From a bacterium (lineage in GTDB: Bacteria; SAR324; NAC60-12), in the NCBI GenBank assembly GCA_965233585.1, contig CBDDTI010000164.1, forward strand, positions 1 to 40,313: DNA of 40,313 nucleotides, read 5' to 3'. Below, piece after piece: positions 21,701 to 30,585 of this stretch. Under the pieces are notes generated by a model, which was not told where the DNA came from, searched no databases, and was given only the letters and a program-made list of their open reading frames with translations. The position numbers and the translations under genes were made by a program. Every line of letters starts with the position of its first letter. Within the stretch, counting starts at the first letter, position 1.

Positions 21701-22476
21701 CCAGACAAGAACTGTGCTACCCATTCGGGAAACTTGCTCATGTCTTGACCAGTAAAAATGTCATACTTAGCGGCGGAGCCGAAAAGTTTGGCTTTTCTAG
21801 AGGCCATGTCGTCGTTACCAGAGAAGGTAACCATGACGTTATTACCTACTTGGTCCATTCTACGAGAGACGGTTCCGTCTGGGTTTTGAATGCTAGGAGT
21901 AAACGTCGCAGGTGCTCCGTAATAACTCGTACCAGCAGTCGGAGGGACTGGCTGAAAAGCAGAGGGCTGCACAGGTACAGAAGCCGAGGCCATTAAGGCT
22001 GGTGGTTCCGTTGCTTGTGAGACCTGAGGTGCCAATACTGGCGCGGAAGGCATAGCTGCCTGAGATTGCGTTGCCATTGTTGGCACTGCAGTAGAAATAT
22101 CCTGAAAAGATTGCGTTGCCACTGCTGGCACTGCAGGAACCCTAGGAACTGGAGCCACAGGTGGCAGTCGTTCCTGTAATACTGTTAATATTTGGTTCAG
22201 CTCATCCCGATTGGAATTTGCTAGGTTAGTAAGACGTGATTGCTCCGATCGGAGTGTTTCATATTTAGACCTATTTAATTCCACAAATTTGAGGATATAG
22301 GTTAACAATTTACGAAAGCGGGGTCCATTTAGACCATGCGCGAGAGAATCGATAAAAGAAGTAACCTGTGCTTCTGAATCTGCAGACAATTGGAGTGTGG
22401 CTAGTACGTCTGAAAGGGTACTAGGTCCAGCTGCTTGGGCCCCTGTTGGGAGTTCCTCATCTCCATCACGTTGCAT
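18760..22476 (-). CDS. gag: Gag-like polyprotein (1238 aa) with long C-terminal extension
   Basis: First ORF after the PBS; capsid-like IFTG..FPEWVAQF, QREDMPVQDYA, DRFITGL; CxxHxxxxHxxxxC knuckle. Confidence 0.88.
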   Translation of the reverse strand: MQRDGDEELPTGAQAAGPSTLSDVLATLQLSADSEAQVTSFIDSLAHGLNGPRFRKLLTYILKFVELNRSKYETLRSEQSRLTNLANSNRDELNQILTVLQERLPPVAPVPRVPAVPAVATQSFQDISTAVPTMATQSQAAMPSAPVLAPQVSQATEPPALMASASVPVQPSAFQPVPPTAGTSYYGAPATFTPSIQNPDGTVSRRMDQVGNNVMVTFSGNDDMASRKAKLFGSAAKYDIFTGQDMSKFPEWVAQFLSGVNLFQPTEPNACRIALHLLKDKAAEMSKNVSQNITMQNLQELLTTLDRIFNTSGNRIVAVGLFNGFTQREDMPVQDYAIKIEQLFYRAYPGLNPDLSMFLMDRFITGLISTEVKQKLRIPPLPSYFREAVEKAMSMTAAIYHGDQIMKQRSMAWKMAASASNPLNTKSSKSPRGHIQMIETQDSPATIQVLKKWCSLHKTDKHSNSDCRAQKETAPSGSSSKTAAKKRPKGAEKRKTKPRKLKFKSTSDKKKFLRSIEDTEGVSLESASSDDEEIVEQSLMQLDPASSGTSDEDEGELHILMFNPDSLLDDPDINMSNVFLDPCTPSGTLGPGVSGLRLEGEKADSPMSMKTGDYSSRFSPLDATLLNTSTMNTPVVQIPTIKDEQNPFSPEQPPMEEDVFPPLAANSINPDANATACSATQNYILYGGVYYYPVPPPHNVVVSQSAVPKPDLVPVPAEPTLDAVPPVIPSEIPLPATDTEAEVDPNVSAPAANTPSTSVTTNDTIIEPPANSKTQGSSDFAVPTGTTSKKARRKSRPRSRSSSSRNSEPSQTRRSPGAVSDFLVDAQKVRGIGRGKPKDTVPSPVPIPFAGTTLPKENLRITVPSGNGPRKVEILPDYPANIAHLAGLENETRRQAEAQLSSTLKDDFSVQLPQEDPQEDSEIDVLTGEVQSPKTTPIQFSFQALSILEDHQRFAQEVLKLEADTWDRNKVERNPSLFYHAYFLDQQKLHEVRQRGNIRIQQFNVKVTRQSPDTDTPTSSRYNREKLEAKFKVAISNLYQAFEEAFQFESSEFIEDLSNHLVKNSVAQITSLFASSRCRTCHRGRRMDATWRLRRFETLLPFLSEIPAESYRRAEDHRAHVLLDKTALVADETVSDKFRLGFTLEDRRSYASLTPEEKKSFNEELAVLARNNSLMRMSRRWESCKFESPALDINLGHQAFQKMRQLRRQNLLPVAQMLLHRYRDRYEQLVSRFGKSQS

Positions 22477-22522
22477 AATGGAGTATTAAGCCAAAGGCTG
22501 TTTCCCCCCGAAAAGGGTTCGC

Positions 22523-22531
22523 CTGCCACCA
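22523..22531 (-). other. Primer binding site, probably tRNA-Leu
   Basis: TGGTGGCAG 2 nt after the LTR end, complementary to the ...CUGCCACCA 3' end of tRNA-Leu(AAG/UAG). Confidence 0.7.
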
Positions 22532-22533
22532 CG

Positions 22534-22945
22534 TGAAAGGTCGGGAGGTATTTTATAACGAGGCTTAGAAATAACGGACGACTTTCGCAAGTGAATGCTA
22601 AATCTAATCTGAATTTATTTCACTTCTTTTGATTACGAAGTAAAACGAGTTTTGTGGTCACGAGTTTTGTTCCCACAAAAGCATATCTTATTGATAAGTG
22701 AGCATGACAACAAAGGCAACAAGTAAGGCGTCGTTGACTGTGGAGTTGAAAAGTGCTTAAGCGCGTGACACCAGAGTGAGGGGTGAGCGATTCTCGAGAA
22801 TTGGAACTGACTCTTAACCAGACCGGTTCATGTCGGGTTAATTAGGTCGTCACTGTAGTTAAGCACAAAACGAGAAGGAAAACTTGCTTTTTAGAAGGGT
22901 GGATTTTATGAACATAAAATTTAAGTAATTAACCTGGACCCTTCA
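22534..22945 (-). repeat. 5' LTR of element B (412 bp)
   Basis: TGAAGGG...CCTTTCA on the minus strand, followed by the PBS. Confidence 0.96.
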
Positions 22946-23151
22946 TTGTAATAAACATAGGTTGGGTTCCTAGGTTTTGGAGCCTTAGGTTGTCGGTGCA
23001 GAGTATAGGTGTCCGACGCCTGCAGCCATTTCTTTATTTTATTTATGGGTATGGTCCCGTTAAAATGATTAAAAACGCGGTTCGGCGATGAAAAAGCAAA
23101 AGGCGAGCCGGGCGAAGTGTAAGCTTTTAAAAATTCGCGTTTAGTAATCAT
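22946..23151 (-). pseudogene. N-terminal fragment of Polinton retroviral-like integrase, truncated by the LTR
   Basis: YTSPGSPFAFSS...IKKWLQASDTYTLHRQP...RNPTYV matches the usual Polinton integrase N-terminus; frame runs into the LTR at 22945. Confidence 0.8.
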
Positions 23152-23569
23152 CCTCGTCGTCGTCGTTGTCGTCCTCAACATAAAACAGCGGTTTTTGTTT
23201 TGTTTTTCTTCTCTTACCGCTTCCTACCGCATGCGTGCTATTTTTTCTCTTGACCGGTCTCTTGGACGCCTGTGCAGGCCTACTCGCCTTACCAGCCAGT
23301 AAGATGTTTCTAGTCGCGGATTTTAATCTCTTTTTCGCAGCGGCTCCAACTGCTTTGCCGTCCAAGGCTTCCAGTGCGGTGTCAATGGCCGCTCGTCCCG
23401 CCTCTTTTTTCAAATATCGTCCCGCGGATCTGACACCCTCGCTTCTCGCAATTTTACCGATTGTCTTTGCGGCGCCCTTCGCCACCGGAACCAACGACCG
23501 GAAAAGACTGCTAAAAATTGAACCTAATCCCGCCCCAGCTTGCACAGACGGACCACGGTGGTATCGCAT
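23141..23569 (-). CDS. Basic virion protein with amphipathic N-terminal helix (adintovirus cupiennin-like)
   Basis: QAGAG|LGSIFSSLFRSLVPVAKGAAKTIGK; K/R-rich C-terminus. Confidence 0.7.
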   Translation of the reverse strand: MRYHRGPSVQAGAGLGSIFSSLFRSLVPVAKGAAKTIGKIARSEGVRSAGRYLKKEAGRAAIDTALEALDGKAVGAAAKKRLKSATRNILLAGKASRPAQASKRPVKRKNSTHAVGSGKRRKTKQKPLFYVEDDNDDDEDDY

Positions 23570-23575
23570 ACTTTA

Positions 23576-24295
23576 TCAATTTTCAATTTTTTTGACGCAC
23601 CTGCTTAAGGCCATCGGACTAACGCCTAATTGCTCGGCTAAACGCGATAAGCTTTTCGGCTTTTCCTGATCAACCCTACTCCGTTGTTCTCTTAAAAAGA
23701 CGTGCGCGCATGCCGCGATTAGTGTTTTTGGCGAAAAAACAAACTTTTTTTCGTGTTGCTTTACTTTCTCTCTAATTTCCTTCAACTCCTTGTAGCTTAG
23801 ATTTAAAGAGTGAAGAAAATATTCGCACATTAAATTTGGGCTGTAGAAAGAGTCGTCGTTTTTAAGATATTGCCACACTTTGTCCTGCTTGACGCCGGTT
23901 ATGGCACATAAATCTTTCATCGGTCGCGGCACCCCCGACTCTATAAGCGCGGTGTAGATGCACATTACCGCTAAACTTTCTAAACAAACACCTCTTTTCC
24001 CTCTTTTCCCGCTAGCGTCCCATTTTTTGGCGATGACGCGTTTTAAATCCGCGCATTCGATATTGCACTTATAGCATACCCTTTGCATTGTCTCATCAGT
24101 AAAATTGTTTTTGTCGCAAGTCACATCCTCGCTCATTTTCTCCGTTTTAATCGATTCGAGCCGATAGTCGTACGGGGCATATAGCCGATCATGCATCACG
24201 AGCCCGCAATCTGTACATACTTCACACCCGTTTGAAAAATCATCCACAATATTGTAATGAGAACAAGTCCTGTTGAAATTATGAAAACGAGGCAT
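23576..24295 (-). CDS. TFIIB-like transcription initiation factor
   Basis: Zn ribbon CSH...DFSNGCEVCTDCGLV; cyclin-fold motifs CIYTA...VPRPMKDLC, SPKTLIAAC, LAEQLGVSPMALSRC. Confidence 0.85.
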   Translation of the reverse strand: MPRFHNFNRTCSHYNIVDDFSNGCEVCTDCGLVMHDRLYAPYDYRLESIKTEKMSEDVTCDKNNFTDETMQRVCYKCNIECADLKRVIAKKWDASGKRGKRGVCLESLAVMCIYTALIESGVPRPMKDLCAITGVKQDKVWQYLKNDDSFYSPNLMCEYFLHSLNLSYKELKEIREKVKQHEKKFVFSPKTLIAACAHVFLREQRSRVDQEKPKSLSRLAEQLGVSPMALSRCVKKIEN

Positions 24296-24320
24296 GTTTA
24301 TTTCTCCGCACGCGCTGCAA

Positions 24321-24356
24321 AACTGAAACGCGAATCAACTATCGATCGCTTTTATA
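24321..24356 (-). promoter_or_regulatory. TATA + Inr promoter of the TFIIB-like gene, overlapping the TBP 3' end
   Basis: TATAAAA (T at 24356) and TCAGTT (A at 24324), 32 nt apart; ATG at 24295. Confidence 0.6.
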
Positions 24357-24899
24357 TTGTTTCAAAAAATCTATAATAAAGTCCAAACTATGTTTGACCG
24401 CATCTTCGGACTTGGCCCCGATGATTACCATCTTGCCTGTGGAAAATATTAAAACCGTGTTGGCTTCAAAAGTCACAAACATGCCTGGGAAACGTTCGGG
24501 ATTGAAGCGTACTTTTTTCACGTAGCTCTCCTTCCGAAGTTTATCAAAAACGTCCGGCAGCGGTATCTCAAAGCCCGCACGAAAGGAACAAGTTAAATTG
24601 TTTATTTCCCATGTTTGCACAAAGAAACGATTGCTGATAATGTCCGTCAGCAGACTTAACGATATTTTTATATCCGCTCGCGATGGCACTTTGGTAATAT
24701 TGACATGATATGATTTGTTGTTTCCGCGGGTCTTGAAAATGGTGTAGACGTATTGTTTCCTCACTACCGTAAAATTACTAAAAACTTTTTGTGACACATC
24801 TTTATTTAAGGATAACGGCCCCTCATCCGTAAGAATAATTGTGCAGCTAAGCTTTATATTTGTCACAGTGACGTGCTCCGTGTTGTCTAGAAATGTCAT
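24339..24899 (-). CDS. TATA-binding protein (TBP)-like, core domain only
   Basis: VTNIKLS, INNLTCSF, RFNPERFPGM, VLIFSTGKMVIIGAKSEDAV. Confidence 0.9.
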   Translation of the reverse strand: MTFLDNTEHVTVTNIKLSCTIILTDEGPLSLNKDVSQKVFSNFTVVRKQYVYTIFKTRGNNKSYHVNITKVPSRADIKISLSLLTDIISNRFFVQTWEINNLTCSFRAGFEIPLPDVFDKLRKESYVKKVRFNPERFPGMFVTFEANTVLIFSTGKMVIIGAKSEDAVKHSLDFIIDFLKQYKSDR

Positions 24900-26233
24900 C
24901 GTTGATTAATGGCGGTGTCGGCGGTTTAAATGTGGATTTCAATGAATTGCAGGGTGATAGTTTGAATGCGCATGCGACCCCCCTCGAAGACACGGATTTA
25001 ATATCAGGTCGTACTGTGCTATATAGTAGCGTGACTCCCGTCGAAGATTTAGAAGATGTTACGTTTTCAATTCCTTCCGACCCCGAATGCGCTTTTGTTT
25101 TAAATCAGACAAGGCTAGAGGGTTACTTTGTGGTAAAGACCGACAGCGGCGAGGGTGTAACAGACACTGACACGCCAACAATTACTAACCATTATTGCGC
25201 CGCATTATTCTCGCAAATTGAAGTCCACCTTAACGGAACTCAAATATGTGATTTGAGTGCCCCTCTTTCTTATTCGTACAAACACCACATTGACTTTCTC
25301 CTGTCCTATAACAATAATGTATTAACAAATGTGGGACGGTCCGAAGGCTTTTGCCGAACGCACCACGACAAATGCTTTGACAATATTAGCACGACCGGTA
25401 AAATGTGCCAATGCATCGCGGAGAATCGTGCGAAAATAATAAACGACAAAAAAGTTTATTTTAGCTCAACTTTGCCCGCAGATATTTTTTACACCGACAA
25501 ATATTTACCTCCGAATGTGGAAATCACTGTTGTATTACGCAGGTTCAACCCGTGTTTCGGGCTGCTTCAAGATAATCCGAACAAAGTCTATCGCATTCGT
25601 TTAAAGGAATTAAAACTTCGCATGAGAAAAGTGTTACCGTGCGAGCGTGTGCGAAACAGGCTAAACGCCGAACTGCTAAAAGGTCGACCATTTTTTCTGC
25701 CTTTTAAAGACACGCAGATGAAGCATTATCTGATCCCGTCTGGTTCCCTTAGTTTCTCTGCAAATCACATCAACAATAGCGAGATGTTGCCGCAACAAAT
25801 TATTTTCTGCATGCTTCGAAGCGACCTTTTTGCCAAGGGACCGAGCGATCAATTTCCCTTTAAATTTAAACACGCCGATTTAGCATCCGTCATTTTAAAA
25901 AACAATGGAAGACTTCTCATGCCTAGACCTATAGAATGCAAGATACTTACAGGCGATTATATGGAATTGTACGACCATTTTCAAAGCAACGTCGGCGGCA
26001 GAAATTGTATTTCACCCCAAGCTTTTACAGAGGGTCAGATGTTTCTCGCGTTCGACCTGACTCCGGATAAATGCCTATCCTTTCACAATCACGTCGGAGT
26101 GCCCGGAAATTTAGAACTAGACTTGACTTTTAACACCCCCACCAGAACCCCCCTAACCCTGATTTCTTACGCTATTTATAATGCTGCCATTTCCATCGAC
26201 AGCAACCTTCAGGTTACCAAAATAAAATATTAA
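24893..26233 (+). CDS. Major capsid protein (hexon-like double jelly-roll), paralog 1
   Basis: FSIP..LNQTRL, ALFSQIEVHLNG, YSYKHHI, DKYLPPNVEI, LPQQII, FLAFDLTPD. Confidence 0.8.
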   Translation: MSSLINGGVGGLNVDFNELQGDSLNAHATPLEDTDLISGRTVLYSSVTPVEDLEDVTFSIPSDPECAFVLNQTRLEGYFVVKTDSGEGVTDTDTPTITNHYCAALFSQIEVHLNGTQICDLSAPLSYSYKHHIDFLLSYNNNVLTNVGRSEGFCRTHHDKCFDNISTTGKMCQCIAENRAKIINDKKVYFSSTLPADIFYTDKYLPPNVEITVVLRRFNPCFGLLQDNPNKVYRIRLKELKLRMRKVLPCERVRNRLNAELLKGRPFFLPFKDTQMKHYLIPSGSLSFSANHINNSEMLPQQIIFCMLRSDLFAKGPSDQFPFKFKHADLASVILKNNGRLLMPRPIECKILTGDYMELYDHFQSNVGGRNCISPQAFTEGQMFLAFDLTPDKCLSFHNHVGVPGNLELDLTFNTPTRTPLTLISYAIYNAAISIDSNLQVTKIKY

Positions 26234-26302
26234 AATTGCACACCACCGACTCCCTCTTTTTAAGAAGAACAGAAAACTACAGACTAGCATGCATTTTCGA
26301 CA

Positions 26303-27637
26303 ATGACTGAAAAGGGCGGCATCGGAGGTCTAGGGTTCGAGCAGGACGATTTGACAGAACAAGCTCTTGATCTGCACGCGCCGCTCGGGGTCGATATAAG
26401 CCTTGAAAAAGGCAATGATGTGGTCTACAACAGCGTTTCCAGCGTTTCAAACACCGGACCGATCGAATTCATCATCCCGCGAGACGAAGAGTGTTCCATC
26501 ATTCTGGATCAGACTAGATTAATAGGGCATTTCGTTGTCAAGACAGCAAAGGATGAAAATGTCGGACCCGACGATCGAGTCTTTTTGGCCAATAATTTCG
26601 CGAGCAATCTATTTAGCGCGGTTGAAATCTACATTAACGGTACTCAAGTCTGCGACTTGAGCACGGCAAATTCCTACCCTTTCAAAAACTTTATCCAGAC
26701 CGAGTTGTCGTTTGATAGAGAGGCCAAACAGAGTCAGCTAAGAGCCGAAGGTTATTTTGAAGAAAAAGAAAACGATATTGGAGCTTGCGAGCCCGGTATA
26801 AATCAGCGTTTAATACACCGTCGAAATCTTATACTTCACGGCAAAAAAGTTTATTTCTGCTCTCGATTGGGGGCGGATATTATGTATACGGATAAGTATA
26901 TGCCACCGAATGTCGACATCAAGATTAAGCTTATTAGAAACAGTCCGACATTCGGTATTCTTCACGCCGAAGATGACAAATCTTTTAAAATCGTTTTAAA
27001 GGATTTAAAGTTGAAAATGAGAAAAGTTTTGCCGGTCGAGCAGCAGAGAAAGCATTTTAGGATGAAAATGTCTCAACAGCCCTGCTATATACCCTTTAAG
27101 CTGAGTCAGTTGAAGGTTTTTGTGATTCCAGCCGGCGTCACATCGTACACCGTTACCAATATTGCCTCACAAATACTGCCCAAACAAGTTATTTTCACCC
27201 TAATTCACAACCAAGCCTTGACGCACGATAGCAAATTCAACCCGTTCGACTTTCAACACTTTGATCTTAATTATTTCAATCTTATTAAAAACGGACAATG
27301 CGTCTTCCCAAAAGCTTTTCAGCCGGATTTTGATGATGATAACTACATGGACCTGTACAGACACATGTACGACAGCACGGGTTTCGGCATTTCAAATAGT
27401 TCTTGCGACATTTCGCCCGCGGTTTTTAAGAGAGGAAGATGTTTTCTAACTGCCGATTTGACCCCCGATCGCTGCAACAGTTTTCACATTCACCCCGACG
27501 AAAAAGGCAAGTTGGACTTGGAATTAGGCTTTAAAACAGCCAAGCCTCACCCCATCTACCTGCTAGCCTACAGCATTTTTAATTCCGGAATTAAAATAGA
27601 GGAGAACGGCCAAGTTGTTAGGGCCGAAGAGCGATAA
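26303..27637 (+). CDS. Major capsid protein (hexon-like), paralog 2
   Basis: GPIEFIIP, NNFASNLFSAVEIYING, YPFKNFIQTEL, DKYMPPNVDIKIKL, NPFDFQHFDL, DLTPD. Confidence 0.85.
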   Translation: MTEKGGIGGLGFEQDDLTEQALDLHAPLGVDISLEKGNDVVYNSVSSVSNTGPIEFIIPRDEECSIILDQTRLIGHFVVKTAKDENVGPDDRVFLANNFASNLFSAVEIYINGTQVCDLSTANSYPFKNFIQTELSFDREAKQSQLRAEGYFEEKENDIGACEPGINQRLIHRRNLILHGKKVYFCSRLGADIMYTDKYMPPNVDIKIKLIRNSPTFGILHAEDDKSFKIVLKDLKLKMRKVLPVEQQRKHFRMKMSQQPCYIPFKLSQLKVFVIPAGVTSYTVTNIASQILPKQVIFTLIHNQALTHDSKFNPFDFQHFDLNYFNLIKNGQCVFPKAFQPDFDDDNYMDLYRHMYDSTGFGISNSSCDISPAVFKRGRCFLTADLTPDRCNSFHIHPDEKGKLDLELGFKTAKPHPIYLLAYSIFNSGIKIEENGQVVRAEER

Positions 27638-28122
27638 TGGCCGGTTTGAGCAACGTATTTCTAGATCGGTTTTTATCCCCACTTTGCAAGAATTTCATCG
27701 GCACCTTTGCAGTCGACACGATACCCTCAAACTTGTGGAACACTAGCTGTTGCGCCATCGTCAATCTTTCGGTTTCAAGCCATCCCGGCAGTCATTTCAT
27801 CGCCTTTTTTATTAATAAGCAAAACTATTTGTATTATTTCGACAGCTATGCACTACCCGTGCCCGCCTATAATCACCACCTCATCCATTTTTTGAAAAAA
27901 TGGGAAAATTGCGGCAGAATAAGACATGTCCTGGACCGATCGATTCAAGCTTTCGATTCATTGTTTTGCGGGTGGTATGCTGCCGCATTCTGCATGTTTG
28001 TCAATGCATACGCAAACGCGAATCCGCGGCACTTTTGCACTTTTTTTAATCCCGTTAATTTACGCGAAAATGAAAAACGCGTCAAACATTTAGTTAATTG
28101 TTTGCAAGTCAAGCTTTATTAG
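27637..28122 (+). CDS. Adenain-like (C5) cysteine maturation protease
   Basis: IVNL...PGSHFIAF, YFDSY, IQ...SLFCGWY give the His/Asp/Gln/Cys set. Confidence 0.9.
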   Translation: MAGLSNVFLDRFLSPLCKNFIGTFAVDTIPSNLWNTSCCAIVNLSVSSHPGSHFIAFFINKQNYLYYFDSYALPVPAYNHHLIHFLKKWENCGRIRHVLDRSIQAFDSLFCGWYAAAFCMFVNAYANANPRHFCTFFNPVNLRENEKRVKHLVNCLQVKLY

Positions 28123-28245
28123 AATATACAGAATTGCCTATAATGTTTTAGTTAATAAAAAGCCGCAAATCTGATTTCTGTTCTGCAGCAAAGCTGCAGT
28201 CGCCGCCGTTGCCGCGGCTGTTGCCGCGGTTGCACACACGCATCT

Positions 28246-29458
28246 TCACTTGCCGCCGAGTTTGGCATTGATGGGGAAATCCAGACCTTGACACAGCTCC
28301 ACCATACCCTCGGTAAATTCATCCAACTTGTGCAGAGGAAAATTCATCCTAATTATCTTGGTGCTGTGGCTTTTGTTGTTGTCGTTATACTGCGGGAAAA
28401 AAGATTTTTTACGCATTTTTCCGCTCAATTTTTTTCTATTTACATTTTTATTTCGCCTTACCTGCTCTTTAGAGACGTAAAATACCGGCCACACGCTAAG
28501 GCCCGCAGCACGCTGGATATGCCTAACGCCGCTAACTCCAATTACCATCCTAGGGTTGGATGCAATCACTTTGCTCATTGGGGCAAAAGGCAAGCTCACC
28601 GATCGCGATGACACCTCCTTGTTTTTAAAAGCCTCAATAAACTTTTTCATGGTGGCTGGATTAGGGTAGATGTACTGTTGAGCAAAACAGTGTGAAAAGT
28701 TTTTTAATTAAAAATACGCTGAGCTGATTTCAAACTGTTTTACTCACCCCGTCGTCTCCAATAAAATATTGTTCGCGATGGCTGTGGCTTTCAAGCCACT
28801 TGGAAAAGTTTACCTCCGCGGTTTTTACGCGCTCGTTAAGATCCCATTTGCAGGGTCGAAACAACTCCTCTTGCTTTTTCCTTGTCAAATTAATCCCATC
28901 CACCTTGGACGAAACCGGCTCCGGCTCGACATAATTTTTCCTCTTTGAATCGGGTAATTTCTTTTTGCCTGAATCGGACCTTGGTCTTTTTTTCGCGCAA
29001 AACGGCTTTCTTTGATCCTCCATCTCCGGTTCTTCAATATCAGTCGGAGCATCGTCATCATCTTCGTCATCATCGTCATCCTCGTTATCATCTTGGGCAG
29101 CATCAGACTCAACATCGTTATCATCGTTATCAGAGCCGTCTTGCATGTTCTCTGAGCCGGATTCTTCAGACTCGTCATCGCTTGAATTCTCGTTGTCTCT
29201 CATGTCCTCATCCTTCTCCATGTCTGAGTCGGAATCTTCTAATTGCTTATGTCCTTTGTTCGCAGATGACGAACGGGATTTGGCAAGTTTACTACTTTTT
29301 TGCTCTTTGGTGTAAACTTTTGACGTTTTTTCAACGTGGCTTTTTTCGAACGGTGTCTTTTTCGCGACCTTTTTATGCGCAGACTTCCCCTTTTTTTTGT
29401 ACAAGATCGTCTTGCTGCCTTTGCCATTGCTTTCAGATGATGTAGCCGGTTTACCCAT
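28246..29458 (-). CDS. Spliced gene: K-rich/acidic N-terminus plus globular C-terminal domain (possibly PC4-like); exons 29458-28748, 28674-28462, 28389-28246
   Basis: GGG|GTGAGT...CAACAG|TAC (73 nt) joins the two ORFs in frame; second in-frame intron CAG|GTAAGG...TTTTCCCGCAG|TAT (72 nt). Confidence 0.65.
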
Positions 29459-30585
29459 GACGCGACCGATGTTTTATCTTAGGTGTGGATGTGAAGCCAG
29501 TCAAACTATTATTGGTGTTTCACCAAAAGCGCAAATTGGCTTTTATACTATTTTGACTTGTATAATGGCAAATGCTAGAATATTCTCGATGAAATTATGG
29601 TCAACTTTTTAACCCATTTTAAGGCAAAAAAAGTTCTAGAAGAAACTAGAAAAATCTAAAAGCAATTATTTTTATAAAGGTTTGAAAAAAATTTAAAAAT
29701 GCTCATTTCAAATTTTTTTTGTCGGTAAAATGACCTAAAATTAGGGCATCTTTTGTAAAATGGAGAATTTTTTCTCCTTTTTAGATGCTGCTCCTTGGCA
29801 CGTGCTTTTTTTTCTCACTTGAGCTAATGGTTTTTCTGCTTAATGGTTTTCAACGCTAATTTTCCTTCCAGAAAATTGTCATTCTTTATTTCTTTGACCG
29901 CAAAAAAGGGTGCAAAGACCCGATTGTTAACCTTTTAATAATTAATCTTTTTTCCTTTTGCTGATTTATTTTAATGGGTGTGCTGCTAAAAAATTGACTG
30001 TTGTTTAAAAGAAAAAACAATTTTTAGCAAACACACTGTCTCATATCTTGTCATTAATTTGCTCCAATTTCGGCGCTTTTGCTTTAAGCCTTAATGCATG
30101 TGCGGAAAAATGAACAAAAATAAAGGAAAATTGCACGGAAAACACAATCTGACGTCAGGTTGCGGGGATAAAAAGGATTTACAAGAAAGGTTAAAATTTT
30201 CTCCAAAATTAATTATCTTTTGAAAAAAACCAGGTTTAATTTTTGCGCCTTTTTCTACTATTAAAAAGTTTACATGAATGACCCTTTTTGAGATAAGGAG
30301 TCATTCCAAAATCTAAACTGAAACCGAAAAGATCCTGGTTTTATCTTTTAGACACTTGAAAAAATCGTAAGTAGACAAAAAAGTCTTTACAATTTTTAAA
30401 CATTGAAGTTTTTTTTAAAAATATTTTTAAACATAAAGTTGGTTAAAGTCTAAAAATTTTTTACACAAATTGAGCTTACGCAAAAAAAAATTTAACAAGT
30501 GCTCAAAGTCTTAAAATTTTTTACCCAAAATTGAGCTTACGCAAAAAATCTTAAACCTGATTTCAACCACCCTGCTTTCTAGACA
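29459..30585. promoter_or_regulatory. AT-rich divergent intergenic control region
   Basis: No ORFs; TATAAAA on minus strand at 29547, CACGTG near 29799, CTGACGTCAG (CRE/ATF) 30149-30158. Confidence 0.5.
30445..30548 (+). repeat. ~44-bp direct repeat, 60-bp period
   Basis: aaagtc..aaaattttttac..aaattgagcttacgcaaaaaa at 30445 and 30505. Confidence 0.85.

Larger units (their letters stand above)
8513..22945 (-). mobile_element. Near-complete Ty3/Gypsy LTR retroelement B with env (~14.4 kb)
   Basis: Two near-identical LTRs, PBS, gag, pol in PR-RT-RH-IN order, env. Confidence 0.96.

Noticed and set aside
81..21996. Many short antisense or alternate-frame ORFs inside gag, pol and env
   Set aside because: Shadow ORFs of long coding regions with no recognisable motifs
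23576..24899. TBP/TFIIB as ordinary host genes or an NCLDV fragment
   Set aside because: Intronless, highly divergent, overlapping Polinton genes; no NCLDV core genes nearby
28110..28248. In-frame Ala/Thr-rich extension after TGA at 28246 (readthrough)
   Set aside because: Explained by a short GC-rich micro-repeat; no readthrough context evidence
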